A stretch of 64,000 nt of DNA from Octopus sinensis (lineage: Eukaryota), in assembly GCF_006345805.1 (NCBI RefSeq), contig NC_042999.1, positions 62,558,001 to 62,622,000 on the forward strand, written 5' to 3'. The position numbers and the translations under genes are program-made. Shown here piece after piece: positions 52,710 through 64,000 of the stretch (within the stretch, counting starts at the first letter, position 1; each line of letters starts with the position of its first letter). The notes below the pieces were generated by a model. The model saw only the letters and a program-made list of their open reading frames with translations. It was not told where the DNA came from and did not search any database.

Positions 52710-53200
52710 ATTTTTAATAAATGTTAATATATACATATACATACATACATACACACATACACACACACACACACACACACATACACATATATACATACAC
52801 ACTCTTATATGCGTATATATGTATACATATTTTTGAGTGTGAGTATGTATGTATAAATGATGTATGTGTGTGTGTGTGTGCGCATGCGTGTGTGTGTAAA
52901 TGTATATGTTTGATTATCTGGGATTCTGATAACAGTTGTTGTGATCACAACAGGATGAAGTAAATCATTGTAATGGCATCATCAAAACGCCCACTGATGC
53001 CCCTTGCAGGTGATGTAAATATCAAGGCCTACAGAAGCTATCATGGGATATTCATGGGCTGCTTACCTGAACAAACACATCTCATATTACATTTCTCTAC
53101 GTCTCATTCACTTTTCTACTCTTAGCTCTCATCTCTCTCTTTCTATTTATCTATATCTCTGTCTGTCTGCCTACCTATCTATATCTATCTACAAATATAT

Positions 53201-53263
<63 letters not shown>

Positions 53264-53538
53264 TATATTACTATATATATATATATATATTAATATATAT
53301 ATAGATATATATATTACTATATATATATATATATATTACTATATATATATATTTACTATATATATATATATATAATATATATATATATATATAATTTCTC
53401 TCTCAAAAGCACTTGCACTTATGCACACACTGACAATTGCTTACAAACACACACTTACATAACACTCATAAATACTTCTGTTTACTCATGCCTTGATACA
53501 TAAACACACTATTACACTTACATAACTCACTCTTACAG

Positions 53539-53588
<50 letters not shown>

Positions 53589-53780
53589 ACAAGGCCTAGC
53601 TGGTTTAAAACCATCCTGTTGGATTATTTCATTCTAGCCTGGCCATCTACTGAGAGCATCAAGTTGAGAAGAAAATTTGATCTGATGCTGACACCCCTCT
53701 TTTAAGAAGCAACACTGTCTCACCCTCTCTCCCTTCTGTCATTAACTGCTTCTATACTTTCTTTATTTAGCTCTCCTAAA

Positions 53781-53819
53781 TATAAAAAGGTGTACTAGTA
53801 CAGGTTGAATTTGTCAGTT
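53781..53819 (+). promoter_or_regulatory. Candidate TATA box plus initiator
   Basis: TATAAAA at 53781, TCAGTT at 53814-53819, followed by CAG|GTAAGT donor at 53908. Confidence 0.4.
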
Positions 53820-55102
53820 GCTTTAGCTCATACCCAGAAACAGCTGGCCTGCCATTATGCAGTAATTTATACCGCCAACATCAGCGCAGTCTCTCTTCAG
53901 ATCACAGGTAAGTTGATTTCATTCTGGAATATGGTTTCTTGCATAGAATTTCCCACCATAAACATAATGTGGTTACTGCTGTTGTTGTTGTTATTATTAG
54001 AGCCAGTAGTAGTAGTAGTAATTATAGTAGTTGAAATATATTGGCTTTTTTTTTATGGCTGAAGGGAAAAAAAGAACAAATATATTGTGTAATCATTCTT
54101 CTTTAAAAACGTGTTATGGAAAAAAAAATCTTAGTTGATCCCTGGACCAAAACATAATGTAAACCCAAATTAGGCTTTATGGATTACCTTTATTAAACTA
54201 CTTAACCATTGGTATTACCTGGAAACTGTAGATGAGGCACACAGAGAATGGAAAGATGTTCAGAAACTGAATGTTTTTTTTTTTGTTTTTTTCATTTTGC
54301 TTCAGGCCTGTAAGAGAATGTGAACTTGTCACTGCAGGCTAAACCATACAATCATTGTTCTTGTGTTCCACAGACACTCAGTGAACAGTTTTATGCAGTC
54401 ATTCTTTATATAGTTTTTTTACAGTCATTCATTATGCAATGGCATACTGTCATTCGATCTACAGTGTTACATCTTCATTCATTAAACATGTTACGTGGTC
54501 ATTCATTACATGATGCTCTACAGACATTCGTTATATCGTGTTACATGGTTGTTCATGTTCGGCATCATGTTGTGGAACAGGGATACCAGTGCCTGGATTC
54601 TATAGCACATAAGAACCGTCAAGGAGGTCAAATATAGATGGGTTGGCCATATTGCACGACCTAAAGACAGCAGAAGGACGACAGAATAGACACAAAGTCA
54701 TGGACAAGATCTAAGGGTCAACCAAAGACAAGATGGTGAGATGATCTCACCCGCTACCTGAGGCCTACATGGCCATGGCCACAACTGGCCAGAGACAGAC
54801 AGTGGTGGAAGGAGTCCAGGGAGGGGTTCCTCCTTCAGGAGTGATGAACCCCTGAAAAAGATAAGGTTATATTTATTCATTATACAGTACCATAGTTATA
54901 ACCTTCTACACTATCGTGCAGTTCCTCATAACAGCATACAATACTGTTATTCATTACACCATTGGAGTTCTCTGGCTCAATGGTTCCTATTGAAACACCC
55001 AACACATGCCAGCATGGAAAGCAGACAATAAATGGTTGTGGTGGTGGCCATGGTGGTGGTGGTTGTTGTTGCTGTTGTTATCATCATCATTATCATTATC
55101 AT

Positions 55103-55316
55103 AAGGCAGTGAGCTGGCAGAATTGTTAGCACACCAGGCGAAATGCTTTGTGGCACTTCTTCTGTCTTTACATTCTGAGATCAAATTCTACTGAGATTGA
55201 ATTTGCCTTTCATCCTTTTGGGGTCAATAAATTAAGTACCAGTGAAACTTTGGGATCAATGTAATCAACTAGTCCCCTCCCCCAAAATTTCAGGCCTTGT
55301 GCCTTTTGTAGAAAGG

Positions 55317-55374
<58 letters not shown>

Positions 55375-55650
55375 TATTATCATTATTATTATTAAGGTGA
55401 TGAGCTGGCAGAATTGTTAGAATACCAAATATGCTTAGTGGCATTTTATTCATCTTTATATTTGGCTGAGATCAACAAATTCTGCCGAGATCAACTTTGC
55501 CTTTCTTCTTCTGGAAGTTGATAAAATAAGTACCAGTTGAGCACTGGGATCAATGTAATTGACCTACTCCTTCCCCAAAAGTTATGGTGAGCTGGCAGAA
55601 ATGTTAGCATGCCAGCCAAAATTCTTAATGGTATTTCGCCTGTGTTTACA
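55103..55650 (+). mobile_element. Tandem Nin/Deu-like SINE copies separated by (TTA)n
   Basis: Head gagctggcagaattgttag repeated three times, with the same central domain. Other copies at about 26140-26332, 41190-41395, 42620-42835, 61660-62170, 62600-62805 and 63460-63650. Confidence 0.8.
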
Positions 55651-55654
55651 TTTT

Positions 55655-55826
55655 AGGTGCAGGAGTGGCTGTGTGGTAAGTAGCTTGCTTACCAACCACA
55701 TGGTTCTGGGTTCATTCCCACTGCATGGTACCTTGGGCAAGTGTCTTCTGCTATAGCCTCGGGCCAACCAAAGCCTTGTGAGTGGATTTGGTAGACGGAA
55801 ACTGAAAGAAGCCTGTCGTATATATG

Positions 55827-55859
<33 letters not shown>

Positions 55860-56068
55860 ATATGTTTTTCCCGCCCCCCCCAAACATCGCTTGACAACTG
55901 ATGGTGGTGTGCTTACATCCCCGTAACTTAGTGGTTCGGCAAAAGAGACCGATAGAATAAATACTAGGCTTCCAAAGAATAAGTCCTGGGGTTGATGTGC
56001 TTGACTAAAGGCAGTGCTCCGGCATGGCCACAGTCAAATGACTGAAACAAGTAAAAGAGTAAAAGAGT
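55655..56068 (+). mobile_element. SINE family A
   Basis: Full-length copy. Confidence 0.9.
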
Positions 56069-56678
56069 AAAGCCTTGTGCCAAAATTTGAAACCATCATT
56101 ATTATTATAATTATTATTATAATTATTATTATTATTATTATATCAGCTTTTAGTTCTGCTATTTTATCTAGCCTCAGGTCAGTTCTGATCCAGCATCCAG
56201 CAGACCTATGGTCACACCACAGCCTTGACATTCTTGCTTTTTATTCCGACAGTATATTTAGGACTACATTTTCAACAATGTCTTTTTGAAAAAGACTGAA
56301 GCATGTGATTTCAAAAAGAGTATGGCTGCTGTTTTTAGCAGGTCAAGTAACTGTGTGGAAGTTTCCTCATTGGTTCTACTCAAGTAAACCCACTATGTGG
56401 AGGTTGTTAATAAAATATTAACAACCACTATGGACATATGCTGTGCTCTAGTTCTATCAGGGCCATACTGCTTAACCAGCCATACAGTATATTAAGCATG
56501 TTGTATACCACTTGTTATATATATTTATATATGTTCTATACACAATCATACAGTGACATATATAAAATAGACCCTACCATTCAGTGACCTGTTATATATG
56601 TGTGTATGTGTAAATTATATATATATATATACATACATATATATATAGATATATATAGAACATACATATAATATACAT

Positions 56679-56727
<49 letters not shown>

Positions 56728-56728
56728 T

Positions 56729-57064
56729 ACGGAGATGTACTCGCATAGCAAGTAATTTGATCTGAGATCCTGTGCTGAAACGAAAACAATTGCAGCGTGG
56801 AAGGTGTTTATAAACCATTTAAGAACACACAAAAGCCGTTCGATTCACTCCAACATTTAATTTTAATTTGTCAAAATATTTTCGTCGCTAAAATCCGCGA
56901 CCTGTTCACTGACAAAGTCCGTGCTGCACGGACTTTGTCAGTGAACAGGTCGCGGATTTTAGCGACGACGAAATATTTTGACAAATTAAAATTAAATGTT
57001 GGAGTGAATCGAACGGCTTTTGTGTGTTTCTTAAATGGCTTATAAACACCTTCCACGCTGCAAT

Positions 57065-57066
<2 letters not shown>
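56729..57066. mobile_element. (TA)n-embedded fold-back element (near-perfect 280-bp palindrome at 56787-57066)
   Basis: Arms of about 138 bp centred on a single T at 56925, with only a few mismatches or indels. Confidence 0.9.
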
Positions 57067-57138
<72 letters not shown>

Positions 57139-57261
57139 TATATATATATATATCTATATATATATATATAGATTACATATATACATATATACACACATAT
57201 ATATATAACGAATACACATAGATAATATATATACATATCTATATATATATATATATATTAT

Positions 57262-57310
<49 letters not shown>

Positions 57311-57356
57311 TATATATAATATATATTATATATATAATATATATATATTATAATAA

Positions 57357-57403
<47 letters not shown>

Positions 57404-57478
57404 TAATATATATATATATATATATTAATATATATATATTATAATATATTAGATATATATATATATTATATATATATA

Positions 57479-57524
<46 letters not shown>

Positions 57525-57684
57525 TGCATGGCTGTATGGTAAGAAGTTTGCTTCCCAACCACATGGTTTCAGGTTCTGGCCCACTGTGTGGCACCTTTGG
57601 CAAGTGTTTTCTACCACTATATACCCTTGTGCCGACCAAAGCCTTGTGAGTGGATCTGGCAGACAGTAACTGAAAGAAGACCAT

Positions 57685-57721
<37 letters not shown>

Positions 57722-57722
<1 letters not shown>

Positions 57723-57900
57723 GGGAGAGTTTACGAAAAAAACAAAAGACGAAGACAGGTGGTGTACAAAACAAACAGATGTATTAGTATAACGCTCAGG
57801 AATATAAAAAGTCAATCACGTTTCGAGCCTACGCTCTTCTACAGAAAGGGACACAGAAAAAACAAGGAGAGAGAAAAAATGTGTGTAGTGGCTAACAATA
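57722..57900 (-). mobile_element. Small (TA)n-adjacent repeat; second copy at 9361-9537
   Basis: Shared agggaga...gacgaagacaggtg...gagcct..gctcttctacagaaag sequence. Confidence 0.8.
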
Positions 57901-57942
57901 GATAGATAGCTAGACGGACAGATAGGTAGGTAGGTAGGTAGG

Positions 57943-58024
<82 letters not shown>

Positions 58025-58030
58025 TGTAGG

Positions 58031-58104
<74 letters not shown>

Positions 58105-58148
58105 GATAAATAGATAGATCGATAGATAAATAGATAGATAGATAGATA
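57900..58148. repeat. (GATA)n/(GGTA)n microsatellite
   Basis: Direct reading. Confidence 0.98.
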
Positions 58149-58999
58149 GGTGTTTATGTGTGTGTGTCTGTATTTGTCCCCCTGCCATCACTAATCCCCT
58201 AGCATAAAATCATCCCCTCAGTATTTGTAGTCTTGCAAACTGCATGATGGCCTTATTGATGCTGGTGGCATGAAAAAGCATGAAAAAAGCATTCTGTACA
58301 TGCCATAGAGTGGTTGGCATTAGGAAGGGCATTCGACCATAGAAACAATGCCAAAGCAAGACACTGGGGCAGATTCTGTCTTTGACACCAACGAATCCTG
58401 TGAAACCATCAGGCACATGCCAGCATGGAGCATGGACCTTAAACACTGATATTGACGATGACGATGATGATGATGATAATGAGGATGGCTGGCTGGCTGG
58501 ATGGATGGATGGATGGATGCTATCATAAAGTCATTTCTATACAACATACCTTGCCATATAAGGAAGCCAATAGCCAACTCCAGTGTTCCCCAAAGGCCAA
58601 GGCCCCTCAGCATCCCAATAATAGTGATCCTGTTTTGTTCTTAGAATCTTTTACTAGTTTCTGTCATTGGATGATGGCCATGCTGTAGCAGTGCCTTCTA
58701 TGTTATTTGGGATCACTCCAGTGAAGTGATGCATTTTCTTGATGGTTAGAGGCTAAAAAATAACATGGACCGAGACCTGAGTAGGATTTGAACTCAGAGC
58801 ATGAAAAGAATGTGACCTAATATCACATAGTATTTTTCTGATGATCTACCAGTTCTACTGTGTATCCGACTATAATGGTAGCTACAATAAATAAAGGAAT
58901 AAGAACCAGCTGTTGTCACTGAAATTATTGGTTTTGTTACTGAAAGGAAGGAAGTGCTCTGGTTAAATCTCAGACTAGATCTGGCGTCTGCTACTATTA

Positions 59000-59475
59000 C
59001 TGCTGCTGCTGTTGTTGGTGGTGGTGGTGGCAGTAACAATGAATGGGAGGCAGTCAGTAATCAATAGTTTTGGTAGTGGTGCTAGTCATGGTGGTGGTGG
59101 CAGTGGTGGTGATGATGCTGCTGCTGATGATGATGATGACGACGACGACGACGATGATGGTGGTGGTGAAAGATGTTGTTATTGTTATTGAGGATGATGA
59201 TGGTGGTAACGATAAGGATGATGAAGATAATGATGATGAAGACAACGACGTCGACGACGACGGTGGTGGTAGTGGTGGTGGTGAAGGATGTTATTGTTGT
59301 TGAGGATGATGATGGTGGTAGCAGTAAGGATGATGATGATGATGATGATGATGGAGGAATCAGCAATTTTGGCTGTGTTGATGATGGTTGTGGTGCTGAT
59401 GCTGGTACTTGTACTGTTGCTGGTACTGATACTGGCTGGTGGTGATGGAGGTGTTGGCGCTGGTGGTGCTGGAAA
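59000..59475. repeat. Compound (GAT/GGT/GAC)n low-complexity tract with an internal duplication of about 120 bp
   Basis: gtggtggtgaa.gatgtt.tt.tt.ttgaggatgatgatggtggta appears at about 59160 and 59275. Confidence 0.9.
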
Positions 59476-60309
59476 GAATGGTAACATATGATGACAATAG
59501 TATTATGTTACAGATAGCAGCAGTGCTCTAGCTGTAAGGAAGCATTTTATCTACATTAACAGTGATAAACAGAACACCTAGCAGTGTTAAATTACCGTAG
59601 CAATCAAAACAGAAGCTGTTGCATAAGTCAGTGTTAGAAGGCTTTGGTTACCATGTTGTCATGTGGTATACAAGCAAAGCAAGCAAAAAAAAAAAAAAAA
59701 GCTGGAAGCAGCACTAGTGTTCAGGAATTAGTTGTTTTACCGTTTTAATGTTGTTCATGGGTGTAAATATAGCTCTGTGTTAAAGGTTCTTGCTTCGCAA
59801 CCATTTGCTTTCAGGTTCTATTCCACTGAATGGTACCTTGGACAAGTACCTTCTACTAGTATGCATTATGAATGGAATTTTGGGATCAGAAATTGCATAG
59901 AAGCTCATTGTTCTTTAACCTCTTGAGACTTAGCATAGAGCCACCCTCAGAGTGGGCTGAGTGCTTTTCATGTGGCACTTGCACAGATGAGTTTTGGCGT
60001 GATTTTTACAGTTGGATGCCCTTCCAAATGCCAACCACTTTTCAATGTAAACTGGGTGCTTTTTAAGTGACAACTGCAATGGTGCGGGGGGTCACCAAAT
60101 GACTTTGCAAGACAATGAGTCTTTTAGAGGGGGGTTGGAATTGGAGGAGGTGATCATGTGTCAGATGATGAAAGATTAGAGTGTGACAGAGAGGCAGAAA
60201 CAGATGTCTTGCTGTAGTTACCGAGCCAGAGAGACAGGAAGAGATAGAGGAAGGGAAAGAGAGTGAGAGTTAACAAGAGGTGTGCCGCTGTAAAGGTGAT
60301 ACATACATA

Positions 60310-60402
<93 letters not shown>

Positions 60403-60412
60403 TATATATGTA

Positions 60413-60452
<40 letters not shown>

Positions 60453-60464
60453 GTATATATATAT

Positions 60465-60795
60465 CTGAGACCCCTTCGATCATGACTGACCGTGGGATTG
60501 GATATAGAAAGTTACCCTCCCAGGCACAAGTCTGGACAAGGTTATATATGGAAGACCAGCAGTTGCCCATGCATACTGGCCTCCCCTCTCCATGCCACAA
60601 GTGTTATCCAAGGGAAAGACAAAGGTCGATACAGCTTGGCACCAGTGACGTCGCAACTCATTTCTACAGCTGAGTGAACTGGAGCAACGTGAAATAAAGT
60701 GTCTTGCTCAACAACACAACATGCAGCTCAGTCTGGGATTCAAACTCACAACCTCACGATCGTAAGCTCGCCGCTCTAACCACTGAGCCATGTAC
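60465..60795 (-). mobile_element. tRNA-derived SINE (further family)
   Basis: Reverse-complement head catggctcagtggttagagcggcgagcttacgatcgtgaggttgtgagtttgaatccc. A degraded relative lies at about 16350-16565. Confidence 0.75.
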
Positions 60796-60798
60796 TTT

Positions 60799-60837
<39 letters not shown>

Positions 60838-63125
60838 TTATATATATAAAATACTCAGTTTTATTTTGAGATTGCTAGTGTTAACAATACTTGCAAAAAA
60901 TACAGACTGGAGTTGTAGTGCTCCAAGTGAGCTATATTTCACTTCTTAATTTGAACGGAGGCAATGTAAGCAGAAACTAGAGGAACATAATTCAGATCTA
61001 CACTCAAAGATCAAATAGATACATATATTCATATATTCTTCCACATTTACAAAATGGATGTATAAATTCCAGATATAAATATCATTTAACATCCACTTTC
61101 CATGCTGGCATGGGTTGGATAAATATATAAAAATATATATAAATAGATATAATCGGTGTTATACATAAAACATGTTTTATGTATAACACTGTAAAAGTGC
61201 TGCCCCACCCCATAAAAGTGCCATCTGGGGGTAGGCCAATGCCATCTAGCTTCACCACTCTGAACCAGTGTGTTTTATTAGAGCTTTCGATTAACACAAG
61301 GTTTGTAAAGGAAATCAAGTAGATGGAAAGTGTATGGAAGCCTGTCAGGGAGATCATGCCTTTAATTCAATGGTCCAGGTTTGTTCCACACTATATCATA
61401 CTGATTTAACCTGAGAATTATGTTAATGATACATGTGTCTGAGGAATACTCAGCCACTTACACATTAAGTTGGATTGGATTACCCATATTCAATCTACTG
61501 CAGGACAAAGGCTTCAGCATGTTCTCTCCACCAACTACAGACAGATGTGTAGGCCATGAAATTGAGCTTGTGATCATACTGGTTTGATGAGCCTGCTCTG
61601 TCACACTGGCTCAACATGGCTTTGGCAGAGGAATGCAGTTTTTTTTTCTTGTACTCATACCCAGGAGTAATTAAGTCAATTGCGTCAACCCCAGTGCTCA
61701 AATGGTGGTTATTTTATCAACCCTGAAAAGATGAAAGGATAACATGACCTTGGTGGAAATTGAACACTGAATATAAAGGTGAATGAAATAACACTAAGCA
61801 TTTTGCCAAGCGTGCTCACAATTCTGCCAGGGCACCAGCGTACATTAAGTTAATAAGTAGATAATTCAGTTGAATGAATAACTGAATGCTCATCAGGAAC
61901 CCCGACAGAAGATCTATTAAACCTAACAACATGCACAATGCATTCTACACTGATAATATTAGTTTCAAATTTTGGCACAAGGCCAGCAATTTCAGTGGAG
62001 GGTGTAAGTCAATTACACTGACCCCAGTGCTCATCTGGTACTCATTTTATCAATCCTGAAAGAATGAAAAGCAAAATCAACCTCATTGGAATTTGAACTC
62101 AGAACGTAAGGATGAACAAAATACCACTCAGCATTTTTCTTGGCACAGTAACAATTCTGCCAGGTCACTACCACTCATTAAGTTATTAAGCATGTAATTC
62201 AGTTGATTGAATAACTGAATGCTCATCATGAAATCCAGCTGAAGATCTATTAAAATCTTGCAACTTAGACAATGCATTCTCTGCTGATAATGTTACAATT
62301 ACATTCTTCTACAAGCTCACCACCACCTCCATAAATACTTACACACAAACTATGTACAAAAATAATTCTACCAAAAATATGAAAAAAAGCAGACTAGCAG
62401 TAATATCAAATAAAAGAGAGAGAGAGCTAGAAATAGCATCCATATCTTCCTCAAATTACACCTTACCTCCCATCTTGGTAAATGTAGTTCTAGAAATGCA
62501 ATTTCCAAGAGAAGAATGGGATGGTCATGGCAAAAATACCTTTGAACATAGATCTACAGTCTCAGGACTGGTCTGGGATTAAACAATATTAACCTTTAAG
62601 GGTGGCGAGCTGGCAGAAACGTTAGCATGCCGGGTGAAATGCTTAGCAGTATTTTATCTGCCGAGATCGACTTTGCCTTTTATCCTTTCGGGGTCGATTA
62701 AATAAGTACCAGTTACACACTGGGGTCGCTGTAATTGACTTAATCCCTTTGTCTGTCCTTGTTTGTCCCCTCTACGTTTAGCTCCTTGTGGGCAATAAAG
62801 AAATAAATATTAACCCTTAAGCATTCAGATTACTCAATGAAATGTAAAGCTCATTGATTTGTATTGTTTTGCGTTAATCATACTCTGAGATTTGATGCCT
62901 TGAGATTTTGATGATGCGATTGCTTATTTTTTAAATTGTGCTTCAGAAGACCTTGCAAGCCAAATGAGACCATAACCTTGTGGCCTATGCCAGGGGTGTA
63001 ACCAGCGTACTGCTTGCGAAGACCTGTTAAGGCAAGTGAAATCGAAATCAAATTCGATGACTGGCATCCGTGCTAGTGGAGCACTAAGAGCACCATCTGA
63101 GCATGATCGTTGCCAGAGCAGCTAA

Positions 63126-63422
63126 CCCTCCATATTCACCAGATATTGCTCCTTTGGATTTCCACTTATTCAGGTCTCTGCAGTGTAGTCTTAATGGTAT
63201 AAATTTCAATTCCTTGGATGACATAAAAAGATACCTTGTTGAATTCTTTGCTATGAAACCACCTCAATTCTAGGAAGAGGGTATTTTCAAGTTAAAGGAA
63301 AGATGGAGACGCATTGTGCAACAAAATGGTTCATATTTGGTTGATTAAAATGTAATGGCAAGTATTTATTGACCTTTTTCTTTCCTTTAAAAATCGGCTC
63401 AAATTTTCCAGACAACCCAATA
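63126..63422 (+). mobile_element. Mariner transposase 3' fragment with one TIR
   Basis: Peptide PPYSPDIAPLDFHLFRSLQ; ends ...ttccagacaacccaata. Confidence 0.85.
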
Positions 63423-63717
63423 GTTAAATTAGTGTTAATATATTGTATGTAGATAAGATGGTGAAGTGGTAGGATTGTTAGCATACAGAGTAAAATGCTT
63501 AACAGTATTTTATCTGTTCAAATTCTGCTGAGGTTCACTTTGCCTTTCATCCTTTTGGGGTTGATGAAACAAGTACCAGTTAAGCACTCAAGTTGATATA
63601 ATCAATTTGCCCCCACCCCTGAAATTGTTACCCCAGTGCCAAAATTTGGAACTAATATATTGTATTCAGTTAAAATCAAAAATTTAATTTGTAATAATAA
63701 TAATAATAATAATAATA

Positions 63718-64000
63718 GGCGTAGGAGTGGCTGTGATAAGTAGCTTACTTACCAACCACATGGTTCCGGGTTCAGTCCCACTGCATGGTACCTTGGGAAA
63801 GTGTCTTCTACTATAGCCTCAGGCCGACTAAAGCCTTGTGAGTGGATTTGGTAAATGGAAATTGAAAGAAGCCTGTCGTATATATGTATATATATGTTTG
63901 TGTGTCTGTGTTTGTCCCCCCAACATCGCTTGACAACCGATGCTGGTGTGTTTATGTCCCCGTAACTTAGCAGTTCAGCAAAAGAGACCGATAGAATAAG
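63718..64000 (+). mobile_element. SINE family A (runs off window end)
   Basis: Same head and body as the other copies. Confidence 0.9.

Noticed and set aside
59054-59491. Overlapping poly-D/G/V/H/S ORFs on both strands
   Set aside because: Trinucleotide low-complexity DNA open in most frames, with no splice or domain support.
61865-61900. Minus-strand CTGATGAGC followed by a hairpin
   Set aside because: No GAAA after the stem, and the duplicate copy lacks the CTGA.

Overview
AT-rich, microsatellite- and SINE-dense animal genomic DNA; the SINE families and (TA)n load suggest an octopus (inference). The only well-supported protein-coding content is the 3' end of a + strand RIM/unc-10 (RIMS) gene. 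Five exons (1857-2083, 17837-17978, 21366-21562, 24812-24951, 26549-26785) splice in frame through GT-AG introns to encode about 313 aa ending in the C2B domain. Next comes a ~15 kb TE-poor stretch (candidate very long 3' UTR) with several non-repetitive RNA stems, then a TE-dense region with a possible TATA/Inr promoter and non-coding spliced exon near 53.8 kb. Nearly all ORFs in the supplied track are microsatellite or SINE artefacts. The most interesting unexplained signals are: (i) a candidate cryptic exon at 10340-10560 that would give RIM a hydrophobic tail in place of C2B, act as a poison exon, or start a C2B-only isoform; (ii) a series of hammerhead-ribozyme-like three-way junctions, several with non-canonical cores, mostly in small (TA)n-embedded and often fold-back elements; (iii) structured 3'-UTR domains with A-C mismatches and a perfect stem abutting a poly(A) signal; (iv) a stop-free 369-nt two-exon unit flanked by oppositely oriented SINEs (circRNA candidate). 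All structures were paired by eye and none was computed.
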